Shown here one piece after another: positions 12,760 to 25,607 of a stretch of DNA of 64,000 bases. The position numbers and the translations under genes were made by a program. The notes beneath the pieces were generated by a model. That model made no database searches and was not told where the DNA came from. It saw only the letters and a list, made by a program, of their open reading frames with translations. Origin of the DNA: Octopus vulgaris. Lineage: Eukaryota. The stretch covers positions 42,284,001-42,348,000 of the forward strand of contig OX597816.1 in NCBI GenBank assembly GCA_951406725.2, in the 5' to 3' direction. Positions within the stretch are counted from its first letter, which is position 1; every line of letters begins with the position of its first letter.

Positions 12760-15700
12760 TAAGTCTCTCCTTGGCCACCAAGGCCGACCCATAGATGACA
12801 ATACAGTAGACATGGACTGTGTGGGTCTTATACAAAACAACGCGTACACAATTAAAACAATAATATCAACCAAGACCAGTACATAATGCACGGAGACTGG
12901 ACGAGTGCGTGGAGAATGGTTTCATCGCTCTGCAAAGCTCTAGAGCAGGCCGACTCACAGTATTTCAATGCCTGTAGAGTATTTCTCGAACCGGCAGTGT
13001 CCCCAGTAGCACTCCAAACTAGGGACTTCTGGAAGGTATCCATCAATACCGGCACGAAAGTCCTCCAGAACAGACTGGTCAATTTGACTACGTCGACTCC
13101 TAACGCGTCTCCACGTCTGTCATCGCTCTCTCCCTCCACTAACCCTCTAAATTACTCGAGAGTGGATGTTCCACTTATTGCATTGTCGGACTGGTAGAGG
13201 GCAGTCAGTGTCTGGCAAAAATTCCAGAAGCCAGTCACCCTATCTCGGTGTCTTCTTGACCAAGGGCTGCAGTACAGTCAAGGAGACGAGATGGGGAAAG
13301 GTCAATTTGAGAAACAGTAACAACAGTTCACACCGTTTAGGCAAAATATCTGAAGATGCCGCAGCCTCGGCGCCTGTCTGCGCATCCTTTACCACAGCAG
13401 CCCTTCATGCAGAAAGTGTTGACAGCTGAAAGAGCGCCTCACCATTGGAAACTGTCGCGCCACAAGAATTTGAAGAGGAAGCGTTCCAAACCCGCAAGGT
13501 GCAAACGCAGGTAAAGAATGACGGTCAAGCAGTAGTAGGTGACGGACACGGTGTACGTATTCACCACATCCGCCCAACTTTTCAGTGACACCTTCCTCGC
13601 AGCTTATTTCTGGATGAGACTAACTGCACTATTCGTCGTCACATCCCAATTCTTATCAACTTGGAGGTCTGGTCCGTACCAAATCCAAGTAACTTTACTG
13701 ACCCGTCTGTCCAGCGACCAACGACTTTGTTGGACGACATAAGCTTGCAAATCCAGGTGTCGCGTTGAAAGCCCACCGACGTTACCGCGTTAAATTTTGC
13801 TCCCGTCAACTTTTCATATTCCGCCAATGATAAGCCGACGACATTGATTTCTGAGGTATCCGACAGCATCACCCCTTCTGTGTCCAGGTTCGAGCGGGAT
13901 GCCCTGCAAAAGCTCCATCGTCTGCAGTAAAGGCTCAAGAGTCAACACGTACAGCAGGGAAGAGAGAGGACACCCTTCACGGACCGATCGGATGATCTAA
14001 AACGGTTCCGCTAGGTATCAATTAACTTTCACTACCAAGCAGATGCTACTGTACATTGAAGTGATCCAACCTCTCAAGACAGGACCGAAGCCACCCGCTT
14101 TAAAGACAGCCAAGTCGATCCTATCGATTTCATTCGATTCATCTACATTGAATAGCGTTCTACCGAAGCCAGGTTTACACCCTACACTTTCTATGATGTA
14201 TCGCCTGAGGTGGAGGTTGTCGAGTATGGGATTTGTCGGCACAGCGCAGCTTTACAACTCCTCAACCAAATACTTGACGACAAACGCCAACCTCACCACT
14301 TGGCTAAAATCTTAAACTCTGTGTTAAGCATATTTACGGGCCTGAAGTTGTCTAACGTGTCCCTCTTCTTTTCGTCTTTCTTTATCAGGGTCACTACGCA
14401 CCGGGGCACAGAAATGTGAATACACCTGCTCTACTGGGATTTGCAGTAAATTGCTTCCAAGGAGATCGGAGAAGAAGACTGGCATATTTATGTAAATCAT
14501 AAGGCAGACCATCTAAATCGGGTGATTTGCACTTCGACAAGGGTATCCTCAATCTCGGCTGATGTTATCTGCCTTTAACAGCGCTCAGCATCGTCTTCGA
14601 GAGATGCAGCAATTCGTCGAGGTAGGCATGCGCCTTAGCTCTGACAATACAATCTTCATGTTTCGCATTGAAGAACTTGTCTAATGTCATTCTCGCTACT
14701 AACACGTCGGTTGCAATATCACAACAAATAGTCTCATCTACTTTAGCTATTAACCCCTCTTCCTTTGTATTTTTTTCTAACGCTACGTCTTTGCTAAAAT
14801 CTATCGACATTGCACTAATCTCTCTTTCGGGAGCTGCCCACCACATCTTGTTGACAACCACATCTTGTTGACAACCACCTGTCAATTTCTGCTAAACAAA
14901 ATTGCTGACCTTTTCCCTGTAAACCTTACCTGCCAGAAATACGTTCAGCTTCTAGAACCCGGCTCCTAACCTACGAGTGTTATCTAGGTCGACCGTACTG
15001 ATTACAAACTTATGGTCTGAATAGGCGACCGTTTCAAAAAGTGTATATCCTACACTATTACTATCTATTTTTCTAGTGAAAATTCTATCTATATACGATC
15101 TAGATGACCCTAAGCAGTTGGTCCAGGTCCACACTGGCGCATTAGGGAAATCTCCTCGGTAACTGTTAGGCAGTTGGAACTGGCTGATCAGATACTTGAG
15201 TTTTTGCATCTCATCTTCTATAAGGTACACCCACACAATCCCAGCGTTGGTTTAAGAATCTGTCCAGTTTCCTACTAACAGTAAAGAGCGAGACGTACCT
15301 AGAAAGGCTTCAAGGCGCCTAAAGAAATCCGGCCATTTGGCTCTGGTAGAGGCGTAAAGGGCTACCAGTCTAAAGACACTACCTTCATTATTGCTCACAT
15401 CCAAGACCACCAAATTACCATCCGAGTTCCGGAAGAGCGACCTTACCTTGAGATCCTGTTCTTTCCTAAACAGTATAGACACTACACCTCCCTTCTCGGC
15501 TGACTAACAGATGCAAAGGTCGTCGAACATGGAGGTCAGTGCGCGTGTATTGAAAATCCTAGTCTCACCGACAGCAATCGCATTCAATTCTAAAGATATG
15601 AGGTCGTTGAGTAGGCGCCCTTGCTTCTAGAATAACCCCAGTTCTGGAACTTTAAAATCCTTACTCTTAATATGACTGTATTAGCAAGCTAAAATTAGAA

Positions 15701-16970
15701 AGGGAATGTTTACTTACCTCCCAGAGTCCCCATGAACATCGCGTGGTTGGATATCCATAATCGGTGGGAATTTATATTTTGGAGAACGTTTAAGAGCCTT
15801 GATGTGGGTCTCACGTTCACAATCCTCGAATATTTGTGCAGCGATCAAGAGACAATCGCACCAAAAACAAATCTTCTGGTACGCTAAATGTGTTCGATTC
15901 GAATATAACTCCCCCTTTTTCAAATACAATATGTTGTGTTACGAGGGCCAAATTCAATATGTTGTGTTCCTCGTTGTCTCTCCTGATGAATACGAAGTTG
16001 GGTGTTTTGTGTAAGTGTTGCTTAATTTGTTTGCTTGACTATAGTGATGATAGACTTGTTCTTATTTGGGTTATGTCTGTGTCTGCTGTGAGTGTGGTAT
16101 TTGTTAGATGTTTGTGTGAGTGTTTGTTCTAGTGTCTGTTTAGGTTGCTTGCATTTGGGGGATTCTGGTGAGAGTGATGGTGTTGGATGTGTTGGTGTTG
16201 ATGTTATTGTGGATGTGTTTGCGTGGGTGGTGTGTGTATTTTTTATTGTAGGTGTTTTTATGCTTTGTGGAGGTTTTCTTTTGTGCTTTCTTTTTATTTG
16301 TTTTCTTTGGGGGCCCTTTTGGTTCTCCTTCATCTTCACTATTGGAAGATGCGGATTCTGTTGTTGTAAGTGTGTCTGTGTGTGTGTGTGCATATTTATA
16401 TTCTTCCTTATGTGTGTTTTTTTGTTTGGTGTGATGGGGCGGGAGAGCTTCCTCGCTTTCCCCGTGAGTGGTTGGTGTCTTTAGTGTTATGACTGGTGGT
16501 TTTGCCGGTGTTGCTGTTGTTTGTGGGCCTCGTCCCGGTGTATGCAGTAGGAGAGGCCTTTGTCCGCTTGCATAGTTTCTCAGTTGAGGACACTCAGCTC
16601 GCAAATGAGTAGTTCCTCCACCAGCGAAACAATACGGCGTTTTGCCCTCAGTCCTTATTCTCTCACCCTCTCATTCAGGAGACGGATTCCCTTGATTTTT
16701 TGTTTTCGGATCTGATCTGGAGAAGTATCTCCAGGTCACCCTTCGACCAGTCCTCCAGGGCAGTTCTTGTCACCCTATCAGGACAGTAACTGCAACTTCC
16801 ACGATTACGCAATTCAGAAGCCACCAAATATCAAATAGTGGTGGATTCCTAGGAATGCGGAAAGGTGCTGTACGTTTCCCCGCGTGGGAGGGGTACATGA
16901 CTTTACTGGTTTTGTAATGGGCTGCTACACATTGAATAGAAAAGGGCGCCGAAAAAAGGAGCCTAGGAAC
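12760..16970 (-). mobile_element. Near full-length degenerate Tx1/L1-clade LINE (ORF1 zinc knuckle, APE, RT, zf-RVT)
   Basis: ORF1 has PYCFAGGGTTHLRAECP (degenerate CCHC, ~16585-16636) and a basic/Thr-rich tail. APE motifs are GRLLNDLISLELNAIAVGETRI, FRLVALYAS and WTWTN...SYIDRIF...YSDHKFV. RT motifs are GFGPVLRGWITSMYS and VREGCPLSSLLYVLTLEP. The C-terminus reads DETILHALVQ. The element ends at a (TTG)n tract near 12734-12752. Confidence 0.9.
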
Positions 16971-16984
16971 GAAGGATCAGTTAT

Positions 16985-18870
16985 TAATTGATAATCAAAT
17001 TAGCAGGAACTGTAAGAGAGGACATACAAATCTGAGCTTGGCATGGGTTGACTATCGCAAAGCATACGATATGATAACGTATTCCTGGATAATATAAACA
17101 ATGGAAATGCATGGAGTAGCATAGAATATGAGAAGCCTTATATGGAATAGCATGAATTATTGGAGAACAGAACTGAAATGATGGAAGCAAGTTCTAGAGA
17201 GGAATTTTACAGCGGAACAGTGTGTCCCCATCGATATTTGTGCTGGGAATGATACCGTTGAGTAAAATACTACAGAAAACGAAGTTGGGGTATGATCTGG
17301 GAAGAAGTAATGTGAAACTAAACCACTTGCTATTCATGGACAACTTGAAGCTATTCACAATATCTCAAGCTGAACTGGACAGCCTAGTCCAGTCCTTGCA
17401 GATTTTTTCCAATGATAACAAGATGGGGATTGGTCTCTGAAAATGTGCTGCGATGGTGAGGAGACGGAGAAATGTTGCCAGGATAGAAAGTATATGCTTG
17501 CCAGGTGGTGAAATGATGAAGGCAGTTCAAGTTCTTTCCAGCTATAAATACCTTGGAATAATTGAGACAGATAGAATCAAGCATCATGACATGAAGGAAA
17601 AGACAAAAAGAGAGAGTACCTCCGGCGAGTGAGAAAAATACTGACATCAAAGCTGAATACTACAAACATAATTTTGGCAATAAACTCGTGTGCAGTCGCA
17701 GTAGTTCGGGATAGCGCTGGAATCCTAAAGTGGACAGAGGAGGAGCTAAAGCAGATGAACAGGAAGTGAAGAAAAACTCCTAACGACGCATGGGGCCCAT
17801 CATCCACGTGTAGACACAGATCGGGTATACATGAAAAGAGAAAATGTTGGAAGTGGACTGATAAATGTGGAAAACTGCGAGTGTATGGAACACGAAAGTT
17901 TAATAAGCTCCCTAGCCCAAAGTAAGAAGAACTTGCTAATGACATTTAGAAACGAGGGAGAATTGAGAGCGGAGAAAAGAGGGAAAGCAAAGGCAGAAGT
18001 ACAAAACTGACATGATGAACTACCCAAGAAGGGACTACACAATTAATTCTATGTAGCCACAACAAAAGTTGCTGGAAAAAATTTGTGGGTTTGACTGAGA
18101 AAAGGAACCCTAAAAAAAGTGACCTAGAGCACTATTTTGGCAGTGCAGGGCCAAGCTCTTGCTACGAACTGGAGAGTCAACCTGAGGAATAAGCAAGTGT
18201 TTCCGCTCAGCCGCATCTGTAATAGAGCGGATTAAACCATTGCCCATATCATGAGGGAATGCCTTAGATTTGCTCGAAACCACTAGAAATTCTGGCGAAA
18301 CGACCAGTTAACGGAAGTGCTGCATTGGAGACGGTGGGAAAAGTGAGAGCTAGAGAGAGGCAAGACCTGGTAGGAACACAAACCGCAGAAAGTGCCAGAG
18401 TCGGAGACTAACAAAATCGTCTGGGATTTCCCAATCCAAAGAGATCCGGTGCTAGCGTTTAACAGACCGGACCTAATGGTGGTCAACAAGATGCACCACG
18501 TATGCTATATAGTTGACGCTGCATGTACCTCAACCCACAAATTTTCAAGAAGGGTGGCGAAAAGATAGAAAATGCAACCCTCTTAAGTACAAAATACCTC
18601 GGCAATGGAATATGAAGAAGGTGGAGATAGTGTCCTTGGGGACAATATTGGAAGGCATCAAAGGGAACATAAAGGAAAATGGAATAAAGTGCCCAGTAGA
18701 ATCATTTACAAAATTCTGCGTCCTTGGCGCCTAGAATAATCAGGAAAGTATTAGATAGCAAGATAGCGTAGATGGCTGCAGATAGAGAGCCCGCGTGCAG
18801 ATAGAAAGCTACGCGTGCAAGACTCCAGGATTTTCAACAAAACCTGTGATAAAAAGAAATAGTAATAACT
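16985..18870 (+). mobile_element. Degenerate R4/Dong-type LINE (RT through REL endonuclease and 3' end)
   Basis: Motifs [15 protein letters not shown] (~17030-17073), NHLLFMDNLKLF (17322-17357), AINSCAVAVV, GTLKKV..TILAVQGQAL and IVWDFPIQRDPVLAFNRPDLMV (~18415-18480). Ends in an A/TAA-rich tail. Confidence 0.9.
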
Positions 18871-19231
18871 AGCGTGACACGTGAATATTTCACAGAATTA
18901 AAAGTAAACCTATTGATTACTCCTGAGACCTTTATCCAAAAAAACCTGAAACGTGAGCTGTGGTATGTCTGTATCAAAAGATAGTCGCTAATCTTCTATT
19001 CATTGAAAATTGAATACAATTATTACTTAAGGCACTTTACATATATTGTTTATAGTTTATGCACAATTTTATATTCACAATTTTATATACTCAGCACTCA
19101 TAAAATACATATTCACTCTTATTTTTCCATTTCTCCCATAAAGAGAAATAAATTACATTTTAAACTTTCATTTCTAGAAAGCAAAAATAAATATAGTTAA
19201 AAATATAGTAAAACAATTATTTTATATATAA

Positions 19232-19630
19232 CTAGCAGTATCGCCCGGCGTTGCTCGGGTTTGTAAGGGAAATAACTATATAAGCATTTTTAGAGAGTTA
19301 TAGCCAAAAAATAGCAAAAAAATGCATTAAAAATGGGAAAAAAATGATGATAAATTTTTTAAAAATCGTTGACTCATCGTAGACATTTTTAGAGAGTTAA
19401 TTCCATCACATATAATAGCGAAAAAAATGCATTAAAATGGATAAAATGATGGTAAATTATTTTTAAAATCGTAGACTCATCGTAGACGCGCGCTAATACC
19501 TAGACGGGCTCGATATGAATCACGACTATAAGATACCCGCTTTTGGTTACACTGCACCGCAAAATGTGGGAGTAGTTAGGAATCTAAATCGTATGAGACA
19601 GACACACAACTTCACTTTTATATATAAAGA
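19232..19630 (-). mobile_element. Non-autonomous Helitron (~400 bp)
   Basis: On the minus strand it starts 5'-TCtttatatataaaagtg and ends with the GC-rich hairpin cccgagcaacgccggg followed by ...ctgCTAG-3'. It sits between A and T with no TSD. Internal duplication of catttttagagagtta...aaaatcgt-gactcatcgtagac. Confidence 0.88.
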
Positions 19631-19892
19631 TATATAAGGGGTCAAAATTTCACGGGGATGAAAAAATATAATGCAGCATGGCATACTCTGAAAGCCACAT
19701 CGTTGGTAACATATAAGAGAAGGCTATGGGATAGAGTCAATACACATTTCAATTTGTAGTTACTTAAAAAGAAAAAGAAAATCGCTACGCACTCACAATC
19801 GTCAATTTTGGTTTATTGCAAAACCCGGCTTTACATGGATCTGCGCGCATACTGTTTCAGGTCTATACGATATTTTTAGTCTACAGCATCGC

Positions 19893-19935
19893 ATTAGTAG
19901 TAGTAGTAGTAGTAGTAGTAGCAGCAGCAGTAGTG

Positions 19936-19993
<58 letters not shown>

Positions 19994-20285
19994 TTGTTGT
20001 TGTTGTAGTAGTAGTGGTGGTGGTGGTGGTGGTGCTGGTGCTGGTGGTAGTAGTAGTAGTAGTAGTAGTGGGGGGGTGTTAGTAGTAGTAGTAGTAGTAG
20101 TAGTGGTAGCTGTAGTTGTAGTAGTAGTAGTAGTAGTAGTAGTAGTAAGTTTTTCTAGTAATTTTTCTTCAGCAGCATATTTCTCTTGTTTAGAAATGTT
20201 ACATATAATAATATTACTACTGCCATCACTACCACCACCACCACCAGCATCACCACCACCACCACCACCAAAACTATCACTACTG

Positions 20286-20339
<54 letters not shown>

Positions 20340-20340
20340 C
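19893..20340. repeat. (GTA/GTG)n tract followed by its complement (CTA/CCA)n
   Basis: Direct reading. It produces the poly-V/L/T/S ORFs. Confidence 0.95.
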
Positions 20341-20620
20341 TATACCGCCGCTTTGCTGCATCTAATACTACCGTAATAACTACTACAACTATTGCTGCTG
20401 GTGCTTCAACGACTATTACCTCCACCACTACCGATACAAAAACCGAATCTAATTTGTTGTAGGCTTGTATATAATAGTTTCTAAAATTAATACCGTTCAT
20501 GAGCCGGGTAGCATATTGAAAAGTGTTAAATACCAAACGTGTGAACCAGTTAACATAAACACAAATTCATTAACAAATAATATCAAATGTCGTACTTCAC
20601 TCTTAAATATAACAAGATGC

Positions 20621-21021
20621 GGATCTTTTCGGTTTGAACGGCAGTTTTTTCTAGCGGTGTCATATGAAATTGTCACCCATAATTATGACCCTAGTATCGA
20701 TCTATTGCATTTCAATCTGTTTTAGGATTAGGGTTAGAGGTGGGGGAAGGGTATCTTTTTTCTTCACAAATGTAAATAAACCCAATCTGTTTCTTAAACG
20801 ACGGACATATTCATGCGGCACAGAATGCTTTTTAACTCAATAGACGTCACTGATTGGTTGAAATTGCAGAAATTGAAGAAAAAACAACAACAAATACCTT
20901 ACAAACTATAGAATTTTCTCAATAAAGCCAAGAGAAAAAAATGTTTTATAAACACATTCTACAACTATAAGAAGTTACCTAGAAATTATGTTAAAAACTG
21001 CCGATCAAACCGAAAAGATCC
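20621..21021. mobile_element. MITE (non-autonomous DNA transposon), 401 bp, ~29-bp TIRs, 8-bp TSD
   Basis: Left TIR ggatcttttcggtttgaacggcagttttt and right TIR aaaaactgccgatcaaaccgaaaagatcc (1 mismatch). TSD caagatgc at 20613-20620 and 21022-21029. GG termini with an 8-bp TSD fit the Merlin superfamily (inference). Confidence 0.9.
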
Positions 21022-21270
21022 CAAGATGCAATATTAACAGTGAGAATTTGCTTCTAAATTCAACATTCATCGGAGGAACAAGTATACTTCAATCTACAGT
21101 TCCGTTTGTACATGTTATCTGAATCACAGACGTTGCTGAGGTGAGCTTTGAAATGCAAAAGGGGGAAATAAAGGGCAAAATAACAAGTGTAAATGAACAC
21201 GAGATGTATTTAGAACGGTTGCACAACAGAAAAGAGTGTGTTGTAATCCATATACTACTACTACTACTAC

Positions 21271-21301
<31 letters not shown>

Positions 21302-21311
21302 TATAATAATA

Positions 21312-21869
21312 AATGCCCTGATGCAGTACCAGGCAGTGGCTCTCATGGCTTCTGATCTTAACTGATTGGAAGTGTTATCATATACATTGTTTTGTCTTGG
21401 TATAAAAGATGGGCTACAGCAAATATTCTGCTCAATACAACAGATTTGCTTGTCAGTTGTTTGACTTTAACCAGTTGAGCATGTCCCTTAGTGGTTGACG
21501 ATATGTACATCTCTGATCACGAGCAGAAGTAGTGGGGGAGCATCAAAGCCATATGTTGAGAGGGATTCTTTGGGGTTTGAATAATTCACCTCTGAAAACA
21601 TGGGTGGTTCTTTCAACATCCTTAAAGAACCCTTATTCAGGGACCTTTTGAGCGGGATGGGCTACTCAAACTGAAGAAAATTCTAACTGGGCCCCACCTG
21701 CAAGGTCATGTGCTGTTTATCTTGATATGAGATCACCATGTCGCGCACATATGGTTGTGATGCATGTGCCTGGTGTACCCTTATCAGACGGGTAGTCATG
21801 ATGGGTATATTGAGCTTTGTATATTTTACCCCAGTGTCACTTTGATGGCATGAACTGCTCTCTCACTCA
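21312..21869. mobile_element. ~560-bp unclassified non-coding insertion within a (TAA)n tract
   Basis: A complex, more GC-rich block with sharp edges and (TAA)n on both sides (21271-21311 and 21870-21900). No ORF, TIR or A/B box seen. Confidence 0.55.
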
Positions 21870-21899
21870 ATGATAATAATAATAATAATAATAATGATA

Positions 21900-21958
21900 A
21901 CGTTGCTGGTGATGCTGATTTTGATGATGTTCATGATGCTGGTTGTACTACTACTACA

Positions 21959-22038
<80 letters not shown>

Positions 22039-22275
22039 AACAACAACAACAAATGCTACAAATACTAATATTGCTGATAATACTTCCGCTGCTAATGGTG
22101 CTGCAGCTGCTACTGGTACTACAACTACTACTACTACTAAATCTACTACAGCTACTACAAATACTACTACAACTTCTACAAACACTAATACTGCTACTGG
22201 CGGTGATGCTGTTGCTATTTTCATTGCTGATGCTGGTAATACGACTGTGCTACAACTACCACTACTACAACTACT
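21900..22275. repeat. (CTA)n/(CAA)n and degenerate triplet repeat
   Basis: Direct reading. Confidence 0.9.
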
Positions 22276-23025
22276 GGAAGTTCCACACACATTCTACATC
22301 TAATAGAGTCGTTCAATTTGTGGGGTGCAGAAAGACCTTTTCGATGTCATCACATCGAAGTACGTCAAAGTTGACACCAGGGTTTTTCAATAAGAAAAAA
22401 AAAAAACAGAGGAATTGTAGACGAAGAAGATTTTGTATTGGTGAATTCAGAATTTAGGTGCGAATTACCACGAATAATGCTTAACGCTAATGCATTTACG
22501 ACATAATAACTTATATCTTATATGATTTGCTAATGAATTTCTGTTTGTGTTAATTGGCACTTTGATTAGTTACTTAACACGTTCCTATAAGGTAGCGGCA
22601 GATGATGACAGATATTAATGTTAGAAACCAATAATGTGACTGCCTATAATAAATTAATATTCTTTCCCAATTATATATCTTATCTTATATTAGTTACGCA
22701 CACACCAACGCTTGGAAGCCCTGAGACAATTTATTCTCTCTTCTCCTCCCCTCTCTCCCTCTCTCGCTCTCTCTCTATATATATATACATACATATTATA
22801 TATGTGCGTATATGTGTATGTGTGTATTTTGCGTGTGTGTGAGTGTATACATAAATCTATATGTATGTATGTATGCACATTTGGCTGTATGCATATGTGC
22901 ATATTGGTATGTTTTGTCTTCTGTATGTTTTCTCATGTTTATATGTATGTATGGCTGTATATACATATATGTGTGTTTGCATGGCTCTATGCCTATACAT
23001 ATATACATAAACATATGTACATACA

Positions 23026-23078
<53 letters not shown>

Positions 23079-23089
23079 ATATGTATATA

Positions 23090-23326
23090 TATTGGTAAAA
23101 ACGGTAAGATAACAAAAGAAAGAACGAGACCTCAATATTATGTAAATAGAGGAAATTTATCTGTAAATTAATATGTTACAATTATTCAATAGCCAAGATA
23201 AAACCATCTCTTCGGTTATTTGGCCAGATAACCAAAGAGATGTTGTTGTGGATTTCCACTTCGGCATCCGAAACTCAGAGTTTTCTGTTGGCTATTGAAT
23301 AATAATGATAACATATTAATTGACAG

Positions 23327-23329
<3 letters not shown>
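23090..23329. repeat. Nested fold-back element between (TA)n tracts
   Basis: Imperfect outer inverted arms at ~23158-23196 and 23288-23329, an inner hairpin at 23205-23242, and an HHR-like gaaactcagagtt at 23270-23282. Confidence 0.75.
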
Positions 23330-23393
<64 letters not shown>

Positions 23394-23532
23394 TATGTAT
23401 GTATGTGTGTATACATATGGCAAGAAATTATGTTTTCTCATTTTATGGAAACATAAGTGTTTATAGGACTGCAAAAAGAAGTACTCAAAAGTAATTGAGA
23501 CAGAGATAAAAAGACATTGATCATAGAACAAA

Positions 23533-23623
23533 CATCAAATTCCAGTCGACGACTTTATATATAACACCATACCTCCAAACATTTGATCATATACAAATTT
23601 TACCATGGCTCTCAAATATATAA

Positions 23624-23688
<65 letters not shown>

Positions 23689-23877
23689 TTTCCTTATATA
23701 TGCATACTTTATATTGTGTTTTTAATATTTTATTTAGTCTTTTATATTTGTTTTATTTAAAAAAAATATTTGTATATGATTACATTATAATTGTTGAGAT
23801 ACATGGTAATATTTATATATGATCAAATGTTTGGAGGTATGGTGTTATATATAAAGTTGTTGACTCGAATTTGATGG
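23533..23877. repeat. ~90-bp inverted repeat pair enclosing a (TA)n(TG)n tract
   Basis: catcaaattc...tttatatataacaccatacctccaaacatttgatcatata...taccatg (23533-23620) is the reverse complement of 23790-23877. Confidence 0.85.
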
Positions 23878-24090
23878 TTGAAGAGTCATAAACCGGTCTG
23901 CATTATCCGATTCTAGGTTGTCCATTTATCAGACGTTCTTCCTCGAGGTAAGACAAATCTTTTTCATGTTTGTTGCACACACGCGTCTTTGCTAGTATAT
24001 ACGCAGTGAAGCTATGCAATAGCGTCGTATTTATTACGATTGCTATTTTCCAGTAAATAATGGTGCCTTGTTGTACCATTTCTCTACTTT

Positions 24091-24391
<301 letters not shown>

Positions 24392-24717
24392 CCGGAAGGG
24401 AATGGGTGAAAAAAAGTTCTTTCCAAAACAGGAGATTGTAAGAGAATGAGGTATGTGTGTGTCTGTGTGGGTATGTGCGTGAGCGGGGGCCTGTGCGTGT
24501 GTGCGTCTGTAATAGCATGTGTGTGTGTGCATATTTGTGTGTACGTGTTTTCTATGTGTGTGTATGTGTGGTGTGTGTAGGATTGTATGTGGGTTTGTGC
24601 TTGTGTATGGAATATATGTGCGTTCCTGTGCGTGGTGTGTGTATGAGCGTGTGTGTATGAGCGTGTGTGTATGCGTGTGTGCGCCTGAACGCGCGTGTGT
24701 GAGCGTTTATGTGTATT

Positions 24718-24760
<43 letters not shown>

Positions 24761-24765
<5 letters not shown>

Positions 24766-24970
24766 CAAAATGTAATCGCATGTGAATCGTTGGGGATTTT
24801 TTCCTCCGTCTTTCTTTTCTCTTGGATTTTTCCCTGCTTCCTGTTTCTGAAGAAGAGTCAGCTCGAAACGTAAAATCACCTTTCTTTCCTTCCCTGAGCG
24901 TCTGCCAATATTTTGCATGTACCACGTCCTCGAGTTGTTGTTTTCTTCTTGAGTTTTTTTGGATTTACTA
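24761..24970 (+). mobile_element. HHR-bearing repeat, family H1, copy 2 (inverted relative to copy 1)
   Basis: Contains gttt-CTGAAGA-a-gagt(ca)gctc-GAAA-cg-TA-aaat at 24843-24876. Flanked by (TA)n and (TG)n. Confidence 0.8.
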
Positions 24971-25362
24971 TGTGTGTGTGTGTATCAGTTTATGTGTGTG
25001 TGTGTGTTTGTGTGTGTATGTATATGTATACATGTATGTACATATATATGTATATATATATACATATACGAATGGGGGATGAAAAGTTTCTGGCTTTAAG
25101 GATGTCGCGAAAGGCGTGGTTGTGGGCCCACACTTTCGAGTTAGTAGTGAACCCTAGAAGAGAATATGTTGAAAATGAACATAATTAACTGGTGTTCCTC
25201 TATTTTCTTTTTACCCAAAGTGAAGACCTTTCAGCAAACCCTTAAATATGTATATACATGATATATCTACATATTATGTAGATGTGTATATGTGTATATA
25301 TCTAACTATTTATGTGACTCCCTATCACTATCTCTCTCTGTCTCTCTCTATCTCTCTCTCTC

Positions 25363-25411
<49 letters not shown>

Positions 25412-25421
<10 letters not shown>

Positions 25422-25607
25422 TATTAGAGACAAAACCACTATTTTGCAAAACAAACAAGGAAATATTTAATCAATACATAAAATTTTTGTTTTGCAAAAT
25501 AGTGGTTTTGTCTCTAATAATATTTTATAATATTTTACTATAAAATTGGATTTAATCCTAAATCTGATTTTTTCCCTGTAAATTTGGATTTATTCCCTAA
25601 TATTTAT

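Noticed and set aside
19802-22457. Long ORFs of 244, 128 and 195 aa with poly-S/T/L/V tracts
   Set aside because: They are translations of (GTA)n/(CTA)n microsatellites with no domain content or splice support.
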